Shown in pieces: positions 11,943 through 23,030 of a stretch of 64,000 bases of DNA (the stretch's first letter is position 1; every line of letters begins with the position of its first letter). The DNA lies in assembly GCA_002269645.1 (NCBI GenBank), contig NIVC01003200.1, positions 1 to 64,000 of the forward strand. Reading direction: 5' to 3'. The position numbers and the translations under genes were made by a program. The DNA comes from Macrostomum lignano (taxonomy: Eukaryota). Below the pieces are notes generated by a model. It saw only the letters and a program-made list of their open reading frames with translations, ran no database searches and was not told the origin of the DNA.

Positions 11943-14900
11943 CTAGTAGTACAGAGGCACCCCGTAGCGCTGCGGAACCCTTCGAGTCCGGAGTGGCCGG
12001 CCCGCCCTTGTATCGCCGGTCTCCTCTCTCTCGGGCGCTTCTTCCCCAGGCGCTTCCACCTCCAGCGCTTCCATCTCCGGTGCTTCCATCTCCGGTGCTT
12101 CCATCTCAGGCGCTTCCATCTCAGGCGCTTCCATATCCGGTGCTTCCATCTCAGGCGCTTCTATCTCAGGCGCTTCCATCCGTCTCTGCCACTGGTATTC
12201 ACCGTCGTCCTCAGATTCCTCCGGCTCCTCGCCCGCTAGTTCCGCTTCCGCAGCAGGGTCGGGCTGCCGCTCCATCCGGGGAGCTCGACGGGGCCCTTTA
12301 GCGTCGTCAACGGGTTTCGCCCGGTAGCGAGGCAAGAGATTGTTGAAGTGCACCACCTTTGTCGGCTTCCGTCGGCCTTCCTGTCGGATCCTGTAGCGAG
12401 TTTCTGATAGCCGATCTAAGACGACGGCTGGTCCCGACCACGGTGAATGGAGCTTCGCCTTCGCACCGGGTTTCAGTACCGGATTGTACACGTACACCTC
12501 GTCCCCGGGAGCGAACTCTCGACCTTTCACCTTCCTGTCATACCAATCCTTCTGCACTCTCTGATAGGACGCTGTCTTCTCCCGTACTTCTCGGTGAGCT
12601 TCCTCGAGAATCTCTCGCAGGTACTGAACTTCCTCGCAATATGGCTCGATCTCCCGGGGCCGGGCTATTCCTATATCAACTGGTAGGGCCATCTCGTGGC
12701 CGTGCAGAAGAAAAAACGGCGTATATCCCGTACCACGATGAACGCTCGAACGGTACGCCATGAGTGCGGCGCATACGAACTCGTCCCATCTCTTCTGATC
12801 AGGCGCATCGACAAGATGGCTACGAAGCACTGCCGTCAGCGTCTTATTGAAACTCTCGACCTGTCCGTTCCCCGCAGGGTGATAGGCAGTCGTCCGAGTC
12901 TTCCGAATATTCAGATTCTCACATAGTTGGCTGACTAACTGGGACTCAAAGTTGGCTCCCTGATCGGAGTGGTTAATCCCGGGTGTCCAGTAATGGCAGA
13001 TCCACTCTTCCAGCATCGCCCTCGCACAGGTGCTCGCCGTTTGGTCTGGCACGGGGACAGCCACCGGCCATTTGCTGTACGCGTCTTGCATTGTTAAAAC
13101 GTATTTGTTGCCGCGATTGCTGGTCGGTAACGGCCCGATTAAGTCCACCATTACTCTTTCGAATGCTCTGTTGCTCGCGATGGGCTCCAAGGGTGCTCTT
13201 CGACGCATTCGCGGTTTGCTCCGGTTGCAGACATCGCATCTCCTCACGTACTCCTCGACTTCCCGCTTGAGACCCGGTCTCCAAAATCGGCTTCTGATTT
13301 TTTCGATTGTTTTCTTGACTCCGAAATGTCCTCCACCTGGGCCGCAGTGAAGAGCTTGCAGGACTTCGCCGACCATAGCCTTCGGCAGCACAATCCGTGG
13401 TGCGTAACGCCCGACGCCCTTGATCATGAGTACTCCCTCCGTGAGCTCCAGCTGAGGCATCTGGGCCCAAATGGCCCGAGCCGCCGGCGACGCGTTTCGT
13501 GGTGGCCCCTCGGATACCGCACTGGTTCTCACAGCTGCGCTGCTGGGCCCGATGTCATTGTCGGCCGTCTGTGCTGCCACTAGGTCGCCTGGGTCGATCG
13601 TTCCGCCTAACGCCGTCGCTCGCACCGCGGGGCAGTCGTGAATTTGGCAGGATGGACAGCTGTCCATTTCTGGATGCCGTCGTAGCGGTTTTCGCGACAA
13701 GGCGTCTGCGTTCTGGTGGCGGGCTCCAGGGCGATGCTCCACATAGAAGTCGAAAGGTGCCAGTCGCTCCAACCACCGTGCCAGTTGGCCTTCGGGTTGC
13801 TTCATGCTTCAGATCCATTGCAGGCTGGAGTGATCGGTGCGAACGCGAAACCTTCGACCGAGTAGATAGTACCGGAATTTTTCCACAAACGTCACTACGG
13901 CCAGGAGTTCGATTCTTGTCGTGCAGTAGTTGAACTCGGCGCCGTGTAAGCGTCGGCTTCCGTACGCAATGACCCGCTCGGACCCGTCCTCCTGGATCTG
14001 CGACAACACCGCCCCGAGGCCCTGCCGAGTACTTCCATCCGTGTCCAAGATGAACTCTCCCGCTTTGGCTTCGAAATTTGGGTACGCCATGACGTGACAT
14101 CCGGTCAGCTCTTCTTTGAGTTTTTTGAAGGCCTCGTCGTGTTCAGCGCTCCAGCGGAAGTTCTTGTCCTTCTTGGTCAGGTCGAACAACGGCGCGGCGA
14201 CAAGCGAGAATTCAGGTATGAAGTTCCTGTAGTACCCCGCCAGGCCTAGGAATGACTGCAACTCCCTCGTGTTTCTCGGTGTATTCCAATTGTTGACTTC
14301 CTTGATTTTTTCAGGGTCGACATCTATACCGTCCTCCGACACAACGTGCCCTAAGAATTTCACTCTGTCTGCCAAAAATCGGCATTTAGATGGCTTCAGT
14401 TTGAGATTGGCGGCCCGTAGTCATCGAAACACCGCTTCCAGGTTTTGCAGATGTTCTGGGACCGTTCGCGACCAGATTATGATGTCGTCGATGTACACGA
14501 GCGCCATCTTCCAGAGGAGATCATGCAGCACCATGCTCATCAGCCGAGTGAACGTTGCCGGTGCATTGGTCAGTCCAAACGGCAGGACATTGAACGCAAA
14601 CTGTCCTCGGTGCGGGACCACAAACGCAGTCTTGTGCCGATCCTCCCCTTTGACGGCGACTTGCCAATATCCGGAGAACAGGTCAAGAGTCGAGAACACT
14701 GCAGCACCTCTTAGTGCTTCGAGGGCGTCATCAACCCGCGGGATCGCGATGGCATCTCTTACTGTTAGTTGGTTCAGTTCTCGATAATCGATGCACAGCC
14801 GCAGCTCTCCGTCCTTCTTACGGACACACACCACCGGTGAGCTGCACGGCGATTGTGTCGGCTCGATCTTCTTGGTCGCCAGCAGCTCATTCAGTTGCCG

Positions 14901-16007
14901 GTCAACTTCACCACGCCAATGGGGGGGGGGGCAGCCGCCGCGGGGGCTGCTTCACCGCCGGTCCAGTGGTCTCGATTTCGTGCTGCACTAAATCGGTTAT
15001 CCCGAGTTGTGACGCGTCCTCGGCGAAGACGTCTGTGTAGCGATTGATCAGTTCCAGGAAATTCTTGCGATCGACCTCTGTGAGCTTCTTGGACCCGTGC
15101 TCGTTCAGGGACGCCTCCGGATCCCAGGGGTCGCTGTTCTTCAAACCCGAAACTGGAGCTCCCTCGTCGACGCTGACCATCATCACTTCCTGAGCTGGAT
15201 CCGCCGGCCGAAACCAGCCAATGACAGCTCCCTTCCGCAGTCGAAGCTCCGAATCCGTGATGTTTGCGAAGTGCACCGGAAGAGTGTTCCCCGGCTGGAC
15301 GAAGCATACGCTCCTGGCTAACATAGGTCGTTCGTCGCTTTTTGGTCGCTTGTCTGACTCAGCAATTCCCAACACTCCAACATTTCGAGTCTCCGTCCTG
15401 CGGATTCTTGCTGAGGCGGTGATCTCGTGGTGCGCGGGTATAACCACGTTCTCACTCAGGTACAGCCTGCAGATTACGGGCTTATGTTTGGTCTCTCTTA
15501 TCGGCACTCTCGATCCGTTTACATGAAATATTCCTTTGGCAAAATCAATTAAGCAGGCGTGCCGGCGCAAAAAATCTGTGCCCAGCAGTAGCTCGTATCC
15601 GACTCCTTGGACCACTGCGATTGGCGTCTGCAGGACTTCCGAACCGAACTGTAGTGGCAGTGTAACGCACCCTTGGACCTTCATAGGGGTCCCATTCGCG
15701 GAGATAAGGTCTGTATTGGTTGGACTAAGTTCCGCTCGAAAAACCCGACTCAACCGTTGCCACGTTTTCTCATTCACCAGCGACATCACCGAACCCGAAT
15801 CTAACAGACACGGCAGCTCGACTCCGGCGATCTTCACGGATACATAAACGGACACCGGATGAAACGCCGTGGCAGGACGGTCCTCGCTCTCTGAGTAGCC
15901 CCCCTGATGTCCTGCTGTATGATGCTCAGGAGGTGCTACGCCACCCTTCGATGGGGCCTCTACTGTCTCGGCGGAACCCCCTCGCCCCTGCGGGGGTCCC
16001 CCTTGCC
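11943..16007 (-). pseudogene. pol: Gypsy pol (protease, RT, RNase H, integrase) with one frameshift and two in-frame TGA stops
   Basis: PR LLDSGS, RT YIDD, RH TDGS...TDH, IN HHCC (LHCG..GH...CDVC) plus D..D..E (VDLIGP, HSDQG, GQVES). Lesions: G11 run 14921-14931 (+1 frameshift), TGA at 14421-14423 (VFR*LRAANLKLK), TGA at 13809-13811 (LQWI*SMKQPEG). C-terminal APEME repeats. Confidence 0.93.
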
Positions 16008-16937
16008 GTTTCCCTGCTGCTGGCGAGATGGGCAGTTCGTAGTCAGGTGTCCCGGTTTCTTGCATGTGAAGCAGCGAACTCCCCCGCCTTTTGAATATCC
16101 ATGGGCGGTGTCTCCAGCCCGTTCGGCCGCCCGGCTGCTGTCCGGGTGGGGCCCGGCTCTTCTCGACTCAAGCTCTACCATCTTGCCTTGCAGCTGCTTA
16201 ACCATACTCCTTAGCTCCTCGAGTTCCTTGTCCCTCGTGTCGTCTCGATAGGTTTCGCTCGCCCTCATTTCTGATTCGGCGGCGCCACTCACCACGAACA
16301 CTCCTCGCTGTCCCCCACCCGTCGCTCCAGCCGGCTTGGGCCCTTTGGCCGCTTTCGAGGCCGCTTCGAGTTGTCGGACCGCGCGCTGTGCCGCTACCAG
16401 GTCCTCGGGTTGCTGAAGGTACAGTTTCTCCCGCTGAAGATCAGAAAGCCGCACCCCTTGCATGAAGCGATCCTTGGCGAGGTCATTCTGCAGTTCTACC
16501 GTAGCTGTCGGGTAGGCGCAGCGTACCAGCTCCAGCAATGCATCCGCGTAGACCTCCAAAGACTCGCCTTCCCTCTGGTCTCTTGCCTTCAGCTCCACTT
16601 TGCTGTCTTGGTCGGTCCGGTATCGCGAGAACCGAGCTGCTAGCCTGTCGGTGAACTCCTCGTAGGTCAGCGGTTCCTCTGCATCAGGTCCGGGGAGATT
16701 CAGATTATCGACGGCAGCATACGCGGTCGAGAGGTCGAGCAGACTCATGAGATGTTCTCGGCGATGTTCTTCAGCAATCGCGGCCGACTCGCAGTACGCA
16801 TTGAAGGAACGCAGCCACAGCCGAAAGTTCATGTTCGGCACGTACTTCGCTGGTTTCGGTAGCCTCGGAGGCTGTGCCGGCCCATCCGCGCGAAGACGCT
16901 CGGCTAACAGTCGAATCAAATCGTCTACATCCGCCAT
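15960..16937 (-). CDS. gag: Gypsy gag, 325 aa, intact
   Basis: Open ORF starting just after the PBS, with the zinc knuckle CFTCKKPGHLTTNC near the C-terminus. Confidence 0.92.
   Translation of the reverse strand: MADVDDLIRLLAERLRADGPAQPPRLPKPAKYVPNMNFRLWLRSFNAYCESAAIAEEHRREHLMSLLDLSTAYAAVDNLNLPGPDAEEPLTYEEFTDRLAARFSRYRTDQDSKVELKARDQREGESLEVYADALLELVRCAYPTATVELQNDLAKDRFMQGVRLSDLQREKLYLQQPEDLVAAQRAVRQLEAASKAAKGPKPAGATGGGQRGVFVVSGAAESEMRASETYRDDTRDKELEELRSMVKQLQGKMVELESRRAGPHPDSSRAAERAGDTAHGYSKGGGVRCFTCKKPGHLTTNCPSRQQQGNGKGDPRRGEGVPPRQ
16008..16014 (-). other. Predicted -1 ribosomal frameshift slippery site G GGA AAC (gag-pol)
   Basis: X XXY YYZ heptamer phased with gag codons (CAG GGA AAC). 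A -1 slip enters the pol frame (GKRQGGP...). GC-rich self-complementary sequence begins ~6 nt downstream. Confidence 0.8.
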
Positions 16938-16958
16938 AGCACTTAACTAATTGGAGCA

Positions 16959-16976
16959 GTCCCTGTTCGGGCGCCA
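16959..16976 (-). other. Primer-binding site TGGCGCCCGAACAGGGAC (tRNA-Lys UUU)
   Basis: 18/18 match to the 3' end of tRNA-Lys3 (same PBS as HIV-1), 1 nt from the LTR end. Confidence 0.95.
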
Positions 16977-16977
16977 A

Positions 16978-18026
16978 TGTTATACTCGCGGGCTGCGATC
17001 TCGTCTAGCCCGGTCGTTTTGTTTCCCCGGGGTAGCGGGTTCGGTGCGGGACTGCCCCGGGCGCGCGGCGGAGGGATGGACAGAGGACGAACGACTGGCG
17101 CTCCTCGAGGCGGATGGCCACTCCGAGGGGAAGAGGAAGAGATGCGACCCGGGGCGCACAGGCACTCCTTGGTCACGGAAGGCTCGGGGTACTTCCGCGG
17201 TCAGCGGAGCGGATAGCCACTCAGAGCCGGCCCGGGAGTCACCGAGGTGAATGTGGAACGAGGTGAAGGTGAAGGATTGGCCGGGGCGTACAGACACTCC
17301 AGACCAATCAAGAGATACGAGGTGATGGATTAGCTGGGGCGTACAGACACTCCAAGCCAATCGAAGAGTGCAGGTGAGCAAGGGGGTGAGTAGGTGAAGC
17401 GATGAGGCGGCGAGGATGGAGGGAAGACACGTGCAGAGAGCCCCAAAAAACGCGAACGCAACCCGAATAAACGTAATTTAAGCTCACCGGGCGGGGTCAA
17501 ATCGACTCATGCAACGCAGTTTATTTGGCCGTAGTAACTGTTCTGGCAGCTCGGAGACGGCGGGTGGCACGGATTAGCTTGCTACGAAGTGTTCCGATAG
17601 TTTGCAGGGCTCGTGCAGTTTTGTACTTTTATGATAGTTTTCTTACTCAGTTGCTGGTGTAGCTCTAACCGCAAAAACCAAGCCGCGTGCCACCGGCCGG
17701 CTCCAAGCCAGCTAATAAATAGTATGCCAAAAAATGGGGAGTGGGCCAAACCGGCCTGAGCGCAAATACTCACACAACAGACCCCGCGAGCACCCCACCC
17801 TAGCCCAGCCAATCAAAACACGCGCTGGGTAAGGCTTTACGCACGAGGGGGGGGGTTAGAAAAGCGAGGGTCTGCCGGCCCAGCCAGCCAATCAGACCAC
17901 ACGCCGGCTGCCTAAAACCAAAGCCGGCTGAACCAACTCAAACCAGCTAGGCCGGCAGACCGGGCGGTTCGCATGCACCAAAAAAAACATGTTGATGAGA
18001 AGGTCATTGTGGCGCAGGCCACAACA
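16978..18026 (-). repeat. Right (5') LTR, 1049 bp
   Basis: TGTTATACTC...GGCCACAACA, with several CCAAT boxes and an internal ~50-bp direct repeat. Followed by TSD CACT. Confidence 0.96.
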
Positions 18027-18150
18027 CACTCACTGAGCATGTGCACTCACTGAGCATGTGCAGTCACTGAGCATGTGCAGTCACTGAGCATGTGCAGTCA
18101 CTGAGCATGTGCAATCACTGAGCATGTGCAATCACTGAGCATGTGCACTC
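18027..18150. repeat. Continuation of the 17-bp satellite after the element
   Basis: Same unit as 7676-8957. It ends 14 nt before the exon acceptor. Confidence 0.95.
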
Positions 18151-18164
18151 AAACCCAACCGCAG

Positions 18165-18366
18165 GAAGCAGAGCAGCGGGGATCTAGTCAGCCGACTCAA
18201 AACCCGGAAACTACTCGGTGTGGGCGAGACAGACGACGGAGACGTTCACCGGTCGAAGCTGAGCCAGATCCTCGGTCACAGCGACCAGCTGCACAGCCGG
18301 CTGCCGAATGGGACCAAGGAATGGCAGCTGGTCACCGCCGCGCTGTACACATGCGTTGGACTCGCC
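18165..18366 (+). CDS. TP53I11: TP53I11-like exon 2
   Basis: CCGCAG|G AAG... translates to [37 protein letters not shown]...VGLA, versus human [33 protein letters not shown]. Donor GTAAGA. Confidence 0.93.
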
Positions 18367-18432
18367 GTAAGATCAACATGCATTTTTCGGTTTTGTAAGA
18401 ATTACTTTTTTACAAACAATTGCATTTTTCAG

Positions 18433-18511
18433 ACAGTTCTAAAGCCGGAATTGATGTACGCCTGTCCCAGGCAGCAGTTGGCGATGAGGCTGTACGGCTG
18501 CTGTTTGACCA
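18433..18511 (+). CDS. TP53I11: TP53I11-like exon 3
   Basis: TTTTTCAG acceptor after a 66-nt intron. TVLKPELMYACPRQQLAMRLYGCCLT aligns to human ...PIRLYGGALL. Phase-1 donor GTTGAG. Confidence 0.85.
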
Positions 18512-18608
18512 GTTGAGTAGCTTTGAGTCCTAATGATTGCGTGTGTGGCTGTTTAAATATGCGTGTACTAACGAAATCCTCTTTCATACTGCCTGACTGC
18601 CTTTTTAG

Positions 18609-18710
18609 GCATTTCTGCTGGGTACTGGATGGCTTGGAGGTCGCTGGACCGAGAAGTGGCTCAGTTCTCCCTGCTGTGCGCCCTGGGGCACTGCGGCTTG
18701 CAGATCCTCG
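18609..18710 (+). CDS. TP53I11: TP53I11-like exon 4
   Basis: CTTTTTAG acceptor. (S)ISAGYWMAWRSLDREVAQFSLLCALGHCGLQIL aligns to [34 protein letters not shown]. Donor GTAACT. Confidence 0.85.
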
Positions 18711-18717
18711 GTAACTG

Positions 18718-19670
18718 GCTGACTGACTGACTGACTGACTGACTGACTGACTGACTGACTGACTGACTGACTGACTGACTGACTGACTGACTGACTGACT
18801 GACTGACTGACTGACTGACTGACTGACTGACTGACTGACTGACTGACTGACTGACTGACTGACTGACTGACTGACTGACTGACTGACTGACTGACTGACT
18901 GACTGACTGACTGACTGACTGACTGACTGACTGACTGACTGACTGACTGACTGACTGACTGACTGACTGACTGACTGACTGACTGACTGACTGACTGACT
19001 GACTGACTGACTGACTGACTGACTGACTGACTGACTGACTGACTGACTGACTGACTGACTGACTGACTGACTGACTGACTGACTGACTGACTGACTGACT
19101 GACTGACTGACTGACTGACTGACTGACTGACTGACTGACTGACTGACTGACTGACTGACTGACTGACTGACTGACTGACTGACTGACTGACTGACTGACT
19201 GACTGACTGACTGACTGACTGACTGACTGACTGACTGACTGACTGACTGACTGACTGACTGACTGACTGACTGACTGACTGCTGACTGACTGACTGACTG
19301 ACTGACTGACTGACTGACTGACTGACTGGCTGGCTGACTGACTGACTGACTGACTGACTGACTGACTGACTGACTGACTGACTGACTGACTGACTGACTG
19401 ACTGACTGACTGACTGACTGACTGACTGACTGACTGACTGACTGACTGGCTGACTCGCTCACTCACTCACTCACTCACTCACTCACTCACTCACTCACTC
19501 ACTCACTCACTCACTCACTCACTCACTCACTCACTCACTCGCTGACTCGCTCACTCACTCACTCACTCGCTCACTCACTCACTCACTCGCTCACTCACTC
19601 GCTCACTCACACACTCACTCACTCACTCACTCACTCACTCACTCACTCACTCGCTCACTCACTCACTCAC
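18718..19670. repeat. (GACT)n then (CACT)n microsatellites forming essentially the whole of TP53I11 intron 4
   Basis: Starts 7 nt after the donor and ends 6 nt before the exon. Confidence 0.98.
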
Positions 19671-19676
19671 CCGCAG

Positions 19677-19918
19677 TAGCCGCTGCTGCCTTGTTGTTCA
19701 GCGAGCCTGCAATCTTGCCTCAGTCGATGTGCCACCGCTGGCCGCTGCTGCTGTGGCTGTTGGCGCAGCCGGCAGTCCTGCTGTCGGGCATGTGGATGCT
19801 GCGTGCCATGCTGCGCAGTCGCCGCAGGTTCAGCAAGCCGCTGGTGACCAACAGCAGCTGCAGCCCGGCCCACCAGTGCCATTCTGAGCAGCCGTCGCCT
19901 GAGCAGCAGCTTCGTTAA
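19677..19918 (+). CDS. TP53I11: TP53I11-like terminal exon
   Basis: CCGCAG|TA GCC... gives (V)AAAALLFSEP...WPLLLWLLAQPAVLLSGMWMLRAMLRSRRR...QQLR*, a final TM segment followed by a basic cluster. The total reading frame closes correctly. Confidence 0.82.
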
Positions 19919-21048
19919 AAAAAAAGGGAAAAAAACGAAGAAAACGTTGTTGCAATTTTACTACTCTAAAAAGCCTTTTACACTACTGATAGTAGAAAAC
20001 TTTGATTATAAATGACACAATCATTTTAATATGTATAAAATCTTCATTTATACAATCAATGTGAGTTTTTTATCCCCATGTCAGTGCTGCATGCTCAGCA
20101 GCAGATAATCCCATCCCTGACTCCTGAAGTTGAGCCATTGTAACGATGTAACGATGAAGAAAATCACCAGAATTCAGAAAATATTTGGGACTTGCGTGTT
20201 GCCCTGTGGGTTGTCATTGTCATGAGATTCACAGCCATGAGGTCCAGCCACCAAGGCACACAGAGTGTACATGCCTGATGATTGGAAAGTCAGGGCTGCT
20301 GTACACCCTGCGTGAGCGTGTGTATGGTTTTTCATTCTCAGTAGTCTCATACACAGTGCGTCATAAATTATATCGATACAATTTATCTGTCACGAACTCA
20401 TCATGCATACTCGTAGTTGGAGCTGTTCATTTCGGTTTTCAAAAATGATTTGTCAGATTTTAAATCGCGATAACCGATCAATGAAGTAGCGGAGCGCTGG
20501 CTCACTTAGCAATTCATTGGACTCCATAAGGGGCTCTGCATGTCACACAAATGACCTGAGAATTACCAGCAGCTTTCCTCTGCAGTGATTGCAATTAACA
20601 TCAGCCCGATATGCTGGTTGGTCTCTCAAGTTTGTCTGAAGCTAGAGTGAAATTTCTGTGGCAGTGGGAGGAGTTCGCCAGGAGGATCTGATGATTGCGC
20701 GCATGTCCTGACAGCTTCTTGGAATCCCCTATCCCACATTTCCTACAACCAGTACCCTTATTCTATCTACCAAGACCAACGTTTGTGAGGCACTTGAGCA
20801 TCTGTTCTCAAGTGCTTCGGTGGAATTCGCGTGTTTGAAAAGGGTGCCAAGGTTGTTATATAATTATAAGGCAGCTCCAGTTCCTGGTTTTAGCTCAGTA
20901 GTCATAAACAGTTGTCATTGTCCAAAGGAATTCGATAATTGTTTAAGAGGGGAAATCAAAGCGTATGAAAATAAACTTCGAACAAAAATGTGGGACAGAC
21001 CAATTTTCGTTGAATCCGTGAGATGAAGAAGCTTTGAGCTTTGCCATC

Positions 21049-22385
21049 ATAAACCCGAAGTATCACAATCCCGAAATATCATAATCCCGAAAACCAAAAT
21101 AGTGTTGGATATTGCTAGAACTTTCCGAGTTGTGATATTTCGGGTTTATTATACTTCGAGTTCTGATATTTCGGGTTTGTGATATTTCGGGTTTGTGATA
21201 TTTCGGGTTTGTGATGTTTCGGGTTTGTGATATTTCGGGTTTGTGATGTTTCGGGTTTGTGATGTTTCGGGTTTGTGATATTTCGGGTTTGTGATGTTTC
21301 GGGTTTGTGAAATTTCGGGTTTGTGATGTTTCGGGTTTGTGATGTTTCGGGTTTGTGATGTTTCGGGTTTGTGATGTTTCGGGTTTGTGATGTTTCGGGT
21401 TTGTGATGTTTCGGGTTTGTGATATTTCGGGTTTGTGATGTTTCGGGTTTATGACATTTCGGGTTTATGATACTTCGAGTTCTGATATTTCGGGTTTGTG
21501 ATATTTCGGGTTTGTGATATTTCGGGTTTGTGATATTTCGGGTTTGTGATGTTTCGGGTTTGTGATATTTCGGGTTTGTGATGTTTCGGGTTTGTGATGT
21601 TTCGGGTTTGTGATGTTTCGGGTTTGTGATATTTCGGGTTTGTGATGTTTCGGGTTTGTGATGTTTCGGGTTTGTGATATTTCGGGTTTGTGATGTTTCG
21701 GGTTTGTGAAGTTTCGGGTTTGTGATGTTTCGGGTTTGTGATGTTTCGGGTTTGTGATGTTTCGGGTTTGTGATGTTTCGGGTTTGTGATGTTTCGGGTT
21801 TGTGATGTTTCGGGTTTGTGATATTTCGGGTTTGTGATGTTTCGGGTTTATGACATTTCGGGTTTATGATACTTCGAGTTCTGATATTTCGGGTTTGTGA
21901 TATTTCGGGTTTGTGATGTTTCGGGTTTGTGATGTTTTGGGTTTGTGATGTTTCGGGTTTGTGATGTTTCGGGTTTGTGATGTTTCTGGTTTGTGATATT
22001 TCGGGTTTGTGATGTTTTGGGTTTGTGATGTTTCGGGTTTGTGATATTTCGGGTTTGTGATGTTTCGGGTTTATGATATTTCGGATTTTTATGATACTTC
22101 GAGTTATGATATTTCGGGTTTGTGATATTTCGGGTTTGTGATATTTCGGGTTTGTGATATTTCGGGTTTGTGATGTTTCGGGTTTATGATATTTGGGGTT
22201 TATGATATTTCGGGCTTCTGATATTTCGGGCTTGTGATATTTCGGGTTTGTGATATTTCGGGTTTATAATGGAATGAGCTTTTCTGACTTGTGATATTTC
22301 GGGTTTGTGATATTTCGGGTTTATAATGGAATGAGCTTTTCTGACTTGTGATTTTTCGGGTTTGTGATATTTCGTTTGTGATATT
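21049..22385. repeat. 16-bp minisatellite GTGATRTTTCGGGTTT with a short inverted arm at its left (foldback-like)
   Basis: ~21049-21093 holds 3 reverse-complement units (CATAAACCCGAAGTATCACAATCCCGAAATATCA...). After a ~35-bp spacer come ~75 forward units. Confidence 0.93.
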
Positions 22386-22819
22386 TATAACAAATATAGA
22401 TTTGCCTTGTTCGTCACCTGTGCGAAAAGCTGTTTCATGGAATTCCTCATGCAGACGTAAAGCCAAGGCATATGTCTCTGGATTAATTCTCTTCCTCAAG
22501 CGATTAAGTTGATAAGCTTTTCTGGGAAACAACGATTAGGCACGCACTGCTCTTGTGGGTTATGAAAGCAGCTGGCGGAGTGCCTCAGACTATAGGGAAC
22601 AGGACAGACTCAGATTACCCTAAATTATGGGGCAGAGGCGCACGAACTCAGGCTCAGACTCATCTGCAGGAACAGAGCCCCAGCAACAACCGTCATGACC
22701 CCCCAGAAGGTCGATCGTAAAAATGTTTAATCATAATTTTCACAATTTGTCAACAAAAAGGTTGATAAAAACACAAATTTTCAAGCATGATTGGCGCTGA
22801 AAATTCTTGCCTCTGAGAT

Positions 22820-23030
22820 TAAGTTTAGGTCTGATATAGTTTAGGTTTGATGAAGTTTAGGTCCGATAAAGTTTAGATCTGATAAAGTTTAGGTCTGGTA
22901 AAGTTTAGGTCTGATAAAGTTTAGGTCTGATAAAGTTTAGGTCTGGTAAAGTTTAGATCTGATAAAGTTTAGGTCTGGTAAAGTTTAGATCTGATAAAGT
23001 TTAGGTCTGATAAAGTTTAGGTCCGATAAA
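22820..23030. repeat. 16-bp minisatellite AAGTTTAGGTCTGATA
   Basis: ~13 tandem units. Confidence 0.93.

Larger units (their letters stand above)
8958..18026 (-). mobile_element. Ty3/Gypsy LTR retrotransposon, near full length, recently inserted, antisense in the TP53I11 intron
   Basis: TG...CA LTRs at 8958-10007 and 16978-18026. TSD CACT at 8954-8957 and 18027-18030. PBS, PPT, gag with CCHC knuckle, and pol in PR-RT-RH-IN order. Long LTRs, a tRNA-Lys PBS and a 4-bp TSD are shared with Osvaldo/Ulysses-type elements (inference). Confidence 0.97.

Noticed and set aside
14415-14423. Programmed readthrough at UGA-CUA in RT
   Set aside because: The context matches a known readthrough motif, but CGA-CTA (Arg-Leu) is the expected RT sequence. 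A second TGA lacks the motif, so mutation is simpler.
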